A DNA stretch of 64,000 nt from Macrostomum lignano (taxonomy: Eukaryota). Location of the stretch: assembly GCA_002269645.1 (NCBI GenBank), contig NIVC01001194.1, forward strand, positions 186,001 through 250,000. The letters are read 5' to 3'. Under the pieces are notes generated by a model. It was not told where the DNA came from. It did not search any database and saw only the letters and a list, made by a program, of their open reading frames with translations. The translations under genes were made by a program, and so were the position numbers. Positions 53,506 to 64,000 of this stretch are shown here, piece by piece (the stretch's first letter is position 1; every line of letters begins with the position of its first letter).

Positions 53506-55344
53506 GGTGTTTACTTACAGCTGTCGTGATGGGTGAGCATCTGACAGCAGCTGGCGACCAGGATGTTCATTGATTTGTTGCTGCATTCTGCCGCTCCGAA
53601 AAGCTTCCGAACAAAGGCCTACGACGGCCGAACTCATCAAATAATTGAGCTCAAAAGTGGACTCATTCATTAATTTGCCAAAGAGTTTAATTTCAATGCG
53701 GTGTTTCGAAGTACAGCTTTACCAGGCAGACTTGAGGGAGGCAGCTCAAGCTGACATTCCAACAAAAAAGCAACAGGAACAAAATTACCCTGTCAGGATC
53801 GCTCGCGTCAAGCGGTCAGCCTCAACAAGACTATATAAACAAGAAAAATGTCTTTTTTCAAATCAATCAATTGTGAATACCAATTACAATTCGGTACGTC
53901 AGAGTCGTTGCAAAATTGCTTATTGCCAAAATTTTAATTTTATGTCTTACTTACTACTGACAGCCCATAGAGTTCCATAGAGAATTTGAATTAACTCAAG
54001 AAGTTTTAGCCATAGACGACTCAATTTTGCAAGCTACGAGCGTATATGGAACGACGAACAAGCATAGAAGGAGAAGGAGCCTTGCACCGTCCTGGCGTTA
54101 CGGTTGGCGTAATCCGAAAAAAATTACGGTTGGCAATTTTTTCGGAGTTCGGGTTGGTAGCTCGTTCATTTTGTCATCCAGAGAGGTGGCCAAATACAGC
54201 AAAGATTTTAGGACTTTTTGGACCGCCTAGCGGCCGCTGTCACCAACTAAATGGGGACCCTATTGGAAACAGAGTAATTTTTATAGATGTCCTTAATTTA
54301 TTCACCCTAACGTGGAGTTCCCAAAGAACCATTGTGCATACGCTCAAAGCACAACAAAAACAAAACCATATTGTTCCTAAAATTTTTGTTCTATATCTCT
54401 AGATACCCGTGTAAACTTTTCCTCTCAGCTTTATCAAAACATTTTTTTAATACTTGGCTTGGAGAATCGGCCAGCTTATGTTCTCAGTGCCAACTCTCAA
54501 GCCTGCCTGTAAGCATGTGAATTGAACGTGAGCACGAGGTTTTCTTGCCGAAGCTTCAAGTATTCATGCAGGTGGTCACCCATCGCAACGGTTGTGGCAA
54601 CTCTGGTGCCGGAACCATCACGATGGCGGTCCAATTCAATAAACACTCTGGCTGCGCCCCCTGATGTCAGGCGTACAGCACAGACACCGCAGGCTGCAGG
54701 CACTGCAATGGCCTGTAATGGCTTACCGGTAGGGGTCACGATCCCATGTTTCTTCGATTTTACTCTCCAAATCTAACTTGAGAAGTTATGCAGCCTCGAT
54801 CCCATAGTTCTGTTTAGCATGTAAGCAAGCATTCACTCTAAATGAATTCAATAGCAGACAAAATGCATCTCACATTCGCTTTAGTAGAAATTTACTTCGC
54901 AAAAAAGTATCAAAGACAAGGACAACTTGATCAAAGATAGTGCAGTACGCAGTACGCGCTTGTCTGTTTTATTGAATTGAAAAGTGCATCAGTTGTAACA
55001 ACTAAAAAAACTCAATCCAAGCAAGTATCAGTGCAGAAAGGATAAAAGTACACATAACCCAACCGCAGGTGACTCGCACGAAAAAACCAACGGCAGTTCG
55101 GTGGAAAAAAATGCGAGTCACTCCGCAGGTGGTCGAGCGATGCAGCCGCAGTTTCAGTTAATCGTCTGTGCTTGCATGCGCCCACAGGAGTTTCACCTGT
55201 TGGCTGCTTGTAGAACAGGTCGATCAGTGATGGACGAGTGCAGCACTCTTTGTGGGGCAAAGGAAATAACAAATAATTAATATTACTGCAAAGCTATCCG
55301 GTAAATATTAGTGATGAATTCTGCTGCAGGGGCGACCTCAGTTT

Positions 55345-55795
55345 CAAGTGGACACCCCTGTCTTTAAGTGGACACCCCTGTCTTTAAGTGGACACCATGT
55401 CAATTACAGTAGACAGCTGGTGTATATCTTGGAAACCCTTTTTTTTAAATAGATACCCCTGTCTTTAAGTGGACACCCCTGTATTTAAGTGGACACCCCT
55501 GTCTTTAAGTGGACACCCCTGTCTTCAAGTGGACACCCCTGTCTTTAAGTGGACACCCCTGTCTTCGAGTGGACACCCCTGTATTTAAGTGGACACCCCT
55601 GTCTTTAAGTGGACACCCCTGTCTTCAAGTGGACACCCCTGTATTTAAGTGGACACCCCTGTCTTTAAGTGGACACCCCTGTCTTCAAGTGGACACCCCT
55701 GTATTTAAGTGGACACCCCTGTATTTAAGAGGACACCCCTGTCTTTAAGTGGACACCCCTGTCTTCAAGTGGACACCCCTGTCTTTAAGTGGACA
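55345..55795. repeat. 20-nt subterminal tandem repeat (gtggacacccctgtctttaa)
   Basis: Direct reading; the reverse complement of the 61675-62262 array family. Confidence 0.92.
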
Positions 55796-56187
55796 CTCTT
55801 TTGTCCTTCAATCCAGTTTACAGTTACAGCAATACAGTTACAGCAAGGTTTACAGTTTTAGCAATTTAAGTGAGGGTAGAAGGACAAAAAATGTTTTAAT
55901 TCTTAAGATCGGTTGCAAAAAATTACAGATAAAATCACAGAATATTCTGTGGATAAAATAGAATATTTTTGATAGTAGAATGAATTTTAATTGGCAGAAA
56001 AATCATAGAGAGAAGATATTTTTAGAAACTAAGAAACAAGCGCACTGTAACAGGATGTGAGCATGGGTAAATATCAATGAGATGGTAGTTTTGCGATTAA
56101 CTCCGTAAGATAGCAAAGACAGCAAAGATTGATAGTTTTAAACACGCAAGCACTACAACTAAAACACGTAGACTGCTCACCTTCACA

Positions 56188-57200
56188 CTACAGCTCCCTG
56201 CTCACCCCACCCTACAGCTCCCTGCTCACCCCATTTTACAGCTCCCTGCTCATCCCACTCTACAGCTCCCTGCTCACCCCATTTTACAGCTCCCTGCTCA
56301 TCCCACTCTACAGCTCCCTGCTCACCCCATTTTACAGCTACCTGCTCATCCCACTCTACAGCTCCCTGCTCATCCCACTCTACAGCTCCCTGCTCATCCC
56401 ACTCTACAGCTCCCTGCTCACCCCATTTTACAGCTCCCTGCTCACCCCATTTTACAGCTCCCTGCTCATCCCACTCTACAGCTCCCTGCTCACCCCTATC
56501 TACAGCTCCCTGCTCACCCCTATCTACAGCTCCCTGCTCACCCCTATCTACAGCTCCCTGCTCACCCCTATCTACAGCTCCCTGCTCACCCCACCCTACA
56601 GCTCCATACTCACCCCACCCTACAGTCCCCTGCTCACCCCAAACTACATCTCCTAACTCAATTCCACTCATACATCCCGGTTCCTTCCCTATCCAACATA
56701 TCGCTACTCACCCTACTCTAGATCTGCCTGCTGACCCTACTCTAGATCTGCCTGCTCACCCTACTCTAGATCTGCCTGCTCAACCTACTCTAGATCTGCC
56801 TGCTCAACCTACTCTAGATCCGCCTGCTCAACCTACTCTAGATCTGCCTGCTCAACCTACTCTAGATCTGCCTGCTGACCCTACTCTAGATCTGCCTGCT
56901 CACCCTACTCTAGATCTGCCTGCTCAACCTACTCTAGATCTGCCTGCTCAACCTACTCTAGATCCGCCTGCTCAACCTACTCTAGATCTGCCTGCTCAAC
57001 CTACTCTAGATCTGCCTGCTGACCCTACTCTAGATCTGCCTGCTCTACCTACTCTAAATCTGCCTGCTGACCCTACTCTAGATCTGCTTGCTGAACCTAA
57101 TCTAGATCTGCCTGCTCAACCTACTCTAGATCTGCTTGCTGAACCTAATCTAGATCTGCCTGCTCACCCTACTCTAGAGCTGCCTGCTGACCCTACTCTA
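56188..57200. repeat. Two adjacent related 24-nt minisatellites (tacagctccctgctcaccccattt; ccctactctagatctgcctgctca)
   Basis: Arrays at ~56188-56640 and ~56712-57200 share the core cctgctcaccc. Confidence 0.9.
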
Positions 57201-57207
57201 TCACGAG

Positions 57208-58816
57208 CTAAGTGCACAGTGAACTGTCAGCTCTTGCGATGAGAACTCTTCCGTTGGGTTCGGTGTTGCCGCCATCCTTTCCAGCAGGGTTCTTGCCGTC
57301 TGCGTAGCTGCCGCCGCCGCCGCCTGCACCACCTGAACTTCCGCCGTAGCCGCCGCAGCCACCTGTGTAGCCACCACCACCGCCGCCTCCACCTTTATCT
57401 TCAATATCCGTTGCTCCACCACCACCTCCACCACCGAAACCGCCAAAGCCACCACTACCATCTCCAGAATCCCCACCAGTCCAGCTTCCCGAAGCATTCC
57501 TCCCTGCAGAGCCTCCTTGACCGCTGCCACCTGGGGCACCTATGGCACCAGAAACTCCATCAGAGTTCCAACCGGTTCCACCTCCGCCAGACTTTTTCGC
57601 TGTCGGACCGGCCCCTCCGCTTCCTTCGGTTGATCCGCTGCAGGAGCCCAGTGTCCGATTTGTGCCTGCGCTTCCCGCATTCGAACTACTGCCATCGCCT
57701 CCGCCGCCTCCGCCACCGGCTACAAGAAGCAGCTGCTTTGGGTTATTATTTATGTAAACAAAGGTGCCTCCGCCTCCGCCTCCGCCTCCTCCGCCATCAT
57801 TGCCAGGCTTTCCAATAACAATGGTCAGCGTATCCGATAGGGTAAAGTAAGCCTCTTTAAAAGCACCTTTGCCACCTGATGCGCTTGAACCGGAATCGCC
57901 ACCTTTTGCACCGAATGCGGAGATTCGGTAGCAGGCGTTTGCTTCAGGCGGTGTAAAGGTCGAAAGCGTTCCTGTTTGACTGGCTGCTGCAGAACCGCTT
58001 GCTTCTGAAAGAATTTTTGCGATATTTGAGCAGATACATTAAATATAAGTGCATAGAGTGCATTACTTTGATGCTGTCGTTAAGTAATAATCAGACATTT
58101 ACATTATTAGTTGTCTACTCACCAGTAAAAGCCACGGGAGCATTCGTTGTAGTAGTAGTAGAAGTAGTAGTAGTAGTCGGAGTCGGAGTAGTGGTAGTCG
58201 TAGCCGGAGTAGTGGCAGTCGGAGCCGGAGTAGTGGTAGTCGGAGTCGTAGTAGTGGTGGTCGGAGTCGTAGTAGTGGTAGTCGGAGTCGTAGTAGTGGT
58301 AGTCGGAGTCGGAGTAGTGGTAGTGGAAGTCGTAGTTGTAGTAGTCGGAGCCGGAGTAGTGGTAGTCGGAGTCGTAGTAGTGGTAGTCGGAGTCGTAGTA
58401 GTAGTAGTAGTCAGAGTCGCAGCAGTGGTAGCCGAAGTCGCAGCACCAGTTGTGGTCGGAGCTGCAGTGCTCACCGAAGCATTCTCACAATCTGCTCTGT
58501 GTCGCAACACCTGCGTGTAGCAGACCGGTCCGCTACTGAGCTGCCAATAAAGCAGCAGGTCGCAGCTGCTTCCAAGAATGCACGATCGGTTGCTTGGCCA
58601 GAACTCATAGACTGAGCACAGGGTCGTGTTGCTGGCGCATTCGACAGCGCACACTCGAGAATCGACAACCCCGACGATTTTGCGCTGCTGTCCGCCAGCT
58701 GCAGTCGCAGTCGCGGCATTGTAGCACAGGTCCGGCCTCTTGTCGAAGACAAAAGATATGCCATCGGCAAATGCAATCAGGACTGCCAAAGTTATGACAG
58801 CGTCGTGTGCTGACAT
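57208..58816 (-). CDS. Secreted PAN/apple-like, Thr-rich mucin-stalk, ALK/LTK-type glycine-rich domain protein, paralog 2 (496 aa); exons 58816-58123 and 58004-57208
   Basis: Signal peptide MSAHDAVITLAVLIAFADG and PAN-like CAVEC..CSVYEF...CILG, then a (TTTP)n stalk. Exon 2, absent from the ORF track, reads CYRISAFGAKGG..GGKGA..F.L..TIVIG..GGGGGGTFV..LLLVAGGGGG..GGFGGGGGG..GGGGGYTGG..GGGGGSY..GRVLI. Total 1491 nt, in phase. Confidence 0.88.
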
Positions 58817-59899
58817 TCTAGGATGCTGTCAGCTGTCTGGGTAGATTGGTGGACGCTTCTGTTAGGAGACTGGAAGAGTTTAATAGCTAAGAAAGTTGCT
58901 CAAGCAATTGCAACTCTAAAACAGACTCAAGCAGTCACACGAGTTTTTCCTTTACTTTAAATTCCTGTTGGCTGGGCTCTAGCGGACTCTCCATGGTGGC
59001 AGTTATCGCCATGGAAACCAGCTCAAGACAGTAGATGTCAGCTCCGGTTGAGCGAGAAACTTTTCCCATGCCATGTCTTTAGCATCTCTGAGTGTCTCTG
59101 CATCAATGCGATTAAACGCTACAAGCTCACTGAAGTGTGTAAGAAACAAATGGCAAGACCCGCTCGCTTATCAGCCATAGTTAAGTTTTTTGCTTCTGTC
59201 GCTGCTGGCTTTAATGTGGTTGCTTAGCAATAAGAACTCTGCGAAGCAAAGGGAAGAGTCTTGGGAGACCAATGATGAATAGGAAGTGTCGCGATAGGAA
59301 TCGTCGCATTCTATAAATGTGTCAGTTAAAGGAGCTTAGCTGTTTATCGACTGCCTGTGGTCTACTGGAGCATCAGAAACTGAAATGACACGGCTGGTTT
59401 TGCGATCGCAGCTGCACCTGCTTCTGTTCCAGCTGCTCTTTAGTAAGTCTGCCTGGAAATGGAACAAATTTTACTTTATCTTGTACATTAATACTCTTGA
59501 TTCAAGCTAAATAATTTCGAAGTGTACTAGCGCTACAGAAACTTTGAAAGGGCCTTATAAACACTTTTCAGTTCCTGAGCCGTAATATCCTCAGTAAGAC
59601 ATGTAGCAAGATATGTTATGTTTAGTTCCGTTCCACGATATACACACCTTGCTAAGTTTAAACTTTTTCTTCGTGAATATCTCGCGTGTCTAATTGTATG
59701 TCATTGTGCTCTGTACGGCCGTTTTTAGTAGTCAAAAAACAAAAAACCAATTTAAAACAGAATAAAAAACCTTTTAGACAACTTACTGAAACCTTAGTCT
59801 TTTCAGCAGCTAAGCTAAGCATTTAATGAATGAAAAATCGGGTGCCAAATCGGGTGCCGAGACTCAAACGAGCCCCCAACTTTTTTCGCCATGATTTGG

Positions 59900-61629
59900 T
59901 TTGTTTCGCGTCCCGGAAGTTTAAGTTGTCCCTGCTCGCAGCCCTATAGGAGGTCTTGCGATATCTACTCCTGATAGGAGCCTCGCCCATGGTAAATAGG
60001 CTGCTCCAAAATTAAGCCTTTTCCGCAGACTTCGGGGTTTCCCGGCTCTCGGACCGCTTTCAGTAGCATTTCTGACATTTTCCAATCTGTTTTCGCGCAC
60101 TCTCGGGATTTGTCTGCTGGGGGTGGCTTGGGTGGACTCGGTCCTTGCACCGTCCCTGATTCCACAAGTTGGGTTGGCGGTGTCTTAGTCCATAGGCTTG
60201 GGTTAGTAGCGTCCAACCTTTCTGGCCACGACGTCAGGTCCCAAAATCTGGGCTGCTCGGGCTATATGCCCCTGGTAGACGTGCCCCCCTCAGCGGCAGA
60301 GCCCTTCCCTGGGCTGATCCGCGGGAGCCCCTAGGCTGCCCACCTTCGTTTAACAACAACAAAAGCGGGTTAGCAGTGGCTAGCCTTGCAATAGTAATTG
60401 AGCTTCGCAGTTAGGACCACCCAGAATTTCCTTTCCCTTGTAGAGATCTTCAAACACAGTAGCCTACTAAAAGTAGTAACATAAAGTTATGAATACAAAT
60501 TTAAAAATAGCTATGTGTCATACTCTATTTTTAGTAATACCAGTCATATCACGCAAACAGCGAGTGACTATGCTATTTTTCGAAAAAACCGGTTCTCGAC
60601 ATCTATTTTTAGAACTTCCAAATATGGTAAATGTGAACCTGAATGTAACCCAAGTCTCACCCTTTTCTATTCAAAAACCCCACCAGTCAAATAATAAAAT
60701 TCCTTTCGTGAACTCATCAAAAAACCGGTTTTGAGCTCAAGGTCGACTCCAGGCCGAAAAATTGTGTATAAATACAAACGCAAAATCCGAACTGAAATCT
60801 CAGACTCGGAGCAGCCTCCGAAGAGGCTATATCTCTGAGGAAGAGAAACACCAATTGGTAAGCTTTGTTCAAGTCTTCGTTATTTTGATTATTGAGAGCG
60901 ATTGTTATTGCCGGCCGTTACTGTTCAGTTGATTTTATTGAGTCTATTGAGTTTGAGGCCTCCCTTTCCTAAGGGATTGGATATGATATGCGGAACGATT
61001 CCGATACCCTTAGAGGATTATCGAGTTATTGATTTTGGATTATCCTAGATTAACCGATGGGAGCACACGACTCCGATTCCGTTAGTTCTAGAAGAAGACG
61101 CCCTTTCTGGAGGACCTCGTATTGTTATAGAAGTTGATTCTGCTACTAGGGCGCATTGTTGACATTGATTCCGGCACTCGAGAATATATTGAATTCTGCA
61201 CTTGAAGAAATACTGCGACGTCGACTTAATTGCTACGTTCTCACTTTCGGCCGATTCTAGACTTCAAGAAGACTACCCCGGGAGGAACAGCTCTAAGGAG
61301 ACGAGCTCTACAGACACGCGCGACAAAGAAGAGGAGCCCGCAACAGTAAGTGATCACTGATTTTGTTCCCAGGCTTAAGTGTCTGGAAGTGGGAGTTTTC
61401 GGGGGATTGATCACCTCCCGAATCAACTCTTCACCCTGATGGCGCCCAATCTTGCCTCTTATGGCTTAGGCTCACCCTCCGGCCTCTCCAATCAGCCTGT
61501 GAATCTTTGTGACGCAGCCAAAATTAGCTTTGTGCTACGAAAAGGAGGATCCACGTGGCCCGTGTCTAGGACTCCTGGTGGACCCACCCTATTTACCCAC
61601 TGCTGGGCGCCCCGTTTAACAACAACAGA
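59900..61629 (+). mobile_element. Unclassified retroelement-like fragment(s) ending in cgttt(aac)n tails at ~60348-60362 and ~61612-61627, interrupted by solo LTR 2
   Basis: Two identical 15-nt tails cgtttaacaacaaca in GC-richer non-coding sequence; no RT motif seen. Confidence 0.35.
60439..61433 (+). mobile_element. Solo LTR 2 (995 bp), related to solo LTR 1
   Basis: TGTAGAG...CTCTTCA inverted termini and a 4-bp TSD CCCT. It shares tataaatacaa, ctccgaagagg and gagtctattgag with LTR 1. Confidence 0.8.
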
Positions 61630-61674
61630 CAATGGTAACCCACTTAAAGGTAAAGGTGTCGACTTGAAGGCAGG

Positions 61675-62262
61675 GGTGTCCACTTAAAGACTGAAGTGTC
61701 CACTTAAAGACTGGAGTGTCCACTTAAAGACTGAAGTGTCCACTTAAAGACTGGAGTGTCCACTTAAAGACTGAAGTGTCCACTTAAAGACTGAAGTGTC
61801 CACTTAAAGACTGAAGTGTCCACTTAAAGACTGAAGTGTCCACTTAAAGACTGAAGTGTCCACTTAAAGACTGAAGTGTCCACTTAAAGACTGAAGTGTC
61901 CACTTAAAGACTGAAGTGTCCACTTAAAGACTGAAGTGTCCACTTAAAGACTGAAGTGTCCACTTAAAGACTGAAGTGTCCACTTAAAGACTGAAGTGTC
62001 CACTTAAAGACTGAAGTGTCCACTTAAAGACTGAAGTGTCCACTTAAAGACTGAAGTGTCCACTTAAAGACTGAAGTGTCCACTTAAAGACTGAAGTGTC
62101 CACTTAAAGACTGAAGTGTCCACTTAAAGACTGAAGTGTCCACTTAAAGACTGAAGTGTCCACTTAAAGACTGAAGTGTCCACTTAAAGACTGAAGTGTC
62201 CACTTAAAGACTGAAGTGTCCACTTAAAGACTGAAGTGTCCACTTAAAGACTGAAGTGTCCT
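61675..62262. repeat. 20-nt tandem repeat (gtgtccacttaaagactgaa), ~29 units
   Basis: Direct reading. Confidence 0.95.
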
Positions 62263-62610
62263 CTTAAGGAAATGGGTGTCCAGGACATGCTCCAACTGTC
62301 TACTGGCATGCGAGCTCAGGCGATTAACTGAAACGGTGGTCCCTGCGGAGTGACTCGCAATTTTTCCAGCAAACTGTCTTTGGTTTTTTGTGCGGGTCAC
62401 CTGCGGTTGGGTTATATGTACTTTTATCCTTTCTGCTCTGACATTTTATAGACTTCGGTTTTCAAATTGCCATAATTGATGCACTTTTTAATTCAATGAA
62501 ACAGACAAGCGCGTATCTGTGTACACCATCTTTGATAGTTTTTTGCGAAGTAAATTTCTACTAAAGCGAATGTGAGATGCATTTTTGTCTGTTATTGAAT
62601 TCATTGAGAG

Positions 62611-62933
62611 CACGGGTCGGCAGAAGTTTTACCTCAAAGGCCAGATGCGAGTGGAAAGGAGAGGGAATAAGAGAAAGAAGAAGAGATGAGATATGGGATG
62701 AGAAAAAAGATAAGATAGGAGGAGAGAAGACGGAAGAGAGGATCGGGGAAGAAGAGAGGGGTAGAAAGGAGAGGAGAGGAGAGGGGAGAAGGGAGAGAAA
62801 AGAGGGAACTTGAAGAGACAAAAACCTTAAGCGGGCCGGATTGCCATTGTGAAGTTTCAAAGGACCCGAGGGCCGGATTGAGAGGCTTCTCGGGCCGCAT
62901 GTGGCCCCGCAGGCCAGAGTTTGCCAACCCCTG
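62611..62933. mobile_element. hAT/Charlie-like MITE nested in foldback copy 2
   Basis: Ends CACGGGTCGGCAG... and ...GGCCGCATGTGGCCCCGCAGGCCAGAGTTTGCCAACCCCTG. The internal part resembles 4330-4500. No clean TSD. Confidence 0.6.
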
Positions 62934-63161
62934 ATTTCTTCCTCACTTGGCTGAGTTGTGCCCGTCTATAGGTCAATGCTAGGCCAAAGAAATGCTATAT
63001 GCATATATAGTCATTGGGAGAACATAAAGAAACTTACGGTGAAGCAACACGAACATAGGGTAAATACTGCGTATATTTAATGCATGCAATACATAATATC
63101 ATATTTGGCGCGAAGCAGATCAGATCTTAGTAATCAAGCTGAATGTCACTCATTCAACTAC

Positions 63162-63436
63162 TCACTCAAAGCTGATAGAGACCTTGTTACTGTTGCCACA
63201 CACCTCGATCCGCATCTTCTTTGCCGAGCCGCCCAGACCGACAGTGTGGTCTTCACTGCCAGTGCTAACCTGCGAATGGGCCGACGACTCTGCTGCCGTT
63301 ACGGAGCTCATGCTGACGGAAGTTGTGGCCACGGATTGCACTCCAGCGATGATTTCACTGTGGTGTTTTTGCTGAGTTAGCGAGATGCCAATGTACCGCT
63401 CAGTAGCGGAGCTTCTGTGACGGCTGTGACGTCCAT
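63162..63436 (-). pseudogene. Possible tyrosine-recombinase (Crypton-like) C-terminal remnant
   Basis: With a 2-nt frameshift repaired it reads MDVTGHRSSATERYIGISLTQQKHHSEIIAG...KKMRIEVCGNSNKVSISFE*, resembling the YR box II H/W..Y motif. No upstream HxxR seen. Confidence 0.4.
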
Positions 63437-64000
63437 ACTTCCTTTAATTTGACACTAGTTCTGCCTGAAGATCATATCAAAAAAGTCTGTCCACACCACC
63501 CTCTGGGGACTCCCTCTCCTATTAATTCAGCATTTTGTAGGCGAATTTCACCCATAGACCAAGTTTGGAAGAAAACCATTCTTTCCGCTTCTGCGCCTCG
63601 GCCAAGGAACCAGCTCTCAACCGGGGAATTCGGGCCAGAGAAGAGAATAAACAGGAAGAACTTAAACAGGAAGAGCAGGGAAGAACCCGTTTCAGTTAAG
63701 TTGCAGGGTCTTGATAGTTGCTCCTTGACTTCGGTGTCTGCGCTGTAGCCAGGGGGCGTAGCTAGGGTGTTTACTTGGATGGGTTGTCACAGCCGTTGTG
63801 ATGGGTAAGCACCTGACTGGAGCTGGTGGCCAGGGTGTTCATTGAGTAGTTGCTGCACTCTGCGTTCCGAAAAGCTTCCGAACAAAGGCTTACGACGGCC
63901 GAACACATCAAATAATGGAACTCAGAAGTGGACTCATTTATTAATTTAACAGAGTTTCATTTCAAGACAGTGTTCCGAAGTACAGCTTTGCCAAAGAACC

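Larger units (their letters stand above)
51614..55803. mobile_element. ~4.2-kb foldback-like DNA element with long inverted arms (~51614-52309 and ~54820-55803)
   Basis: The arms are reverse complements (e.g. ccacctgcggagtgactcgcatttttttccaccgaactgccgttgg versus its complement at ~55085-55130) and carry 20-nt subterminal tandem repeats. No TSD or intact transposase seen. Confidence 0.7.
61640..64000. mobile_element. Second copy of the foldback-like element (left arm plus internal region), running off the window
   Basis: Arm 61640-62610 is homologous to 51614-52309 and to 54836-55803 inverted; 63688-63995 is homologous to 52390-53725. Confidence 0.7.

Noticed and set aside
56129-56671. YSSLLTPF and EQGAV 8-aa repeat ORFs
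   Set aside because: A 24-nt minisatellite downstream of paralog 2's stop, open on both strands only because of its unit sequence.
57999-58520. Poly-Val ORF on the + strand
   Set aside because: Antisense shadow of the Thr-rich mucin stalk.
59925-60010. HDV-like ribozyme near the hairpin ctataggag...ctcctgatag
   Set aside because: I could not build the nested double pseudoknot; the candidate L3 is too short.
61440-61449. TGGCGCCCAA as a tRNA-Lys primer-binding site after LTR2
   Set aside because: The LTR is bounded by a CCCT TSD on both sides (solo LTR), the motif is 6 nt away and stops matching after 10 nt, and no gag follows.

Overview
Animal (eukaryotic) genomic DNA with GC-rich exons in AT-rich, tandem-repeat-filled introns. 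The composition, gene set and simple-repeat load best fit a free-living flatworm such as Macrostomum lignano, but that is an inference. Gene models were assembled by hand from GT/GC-AG boundaries and phase checks: the 3' five exons of a DEG/ENaC channel (+), RPL23A (+, 4.9-kb intron), a universal stress protein (-), a 7-exon ~1129-aa WD40-like protein (-), partial exons of a membrane protein (-), EMRE/SMDT1 (-), two 25-aa RPL41 genes absent from the ORF track (-), an intronless orphan type-I membrane protein (+), and two convergent kinase-less paralogs with a PAN-like domain plus an ALK/LTK-type glycine-rich domain. Mobile DNA includes a 5'-truncated Penelope-like element with 393-bp inverted terminal arms, each carrying a minimal hammerhead ribozyme motif. 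There are also hAT, TA- and TTAA-flanked MITEs, a tRNA-derived SINE, two related solo LTRs with 4-bp TSDs, a 4.2-kb foldback-like element with a second copy running off the window, a possible Crypton-type tyrosine-recombinase remnant and a mariner remnant. No prokaryotic systems or CRISPR arrays were found. The most notable items are the ribozyme-bearing fold-back PLE, the twin RPL41 genes, the ALK-like Gly-rich pair, the foldback element and intronic minisatellites that multiply splice-site motifs. All fit known element classes and none could be shown to be a new system from sequence alone.
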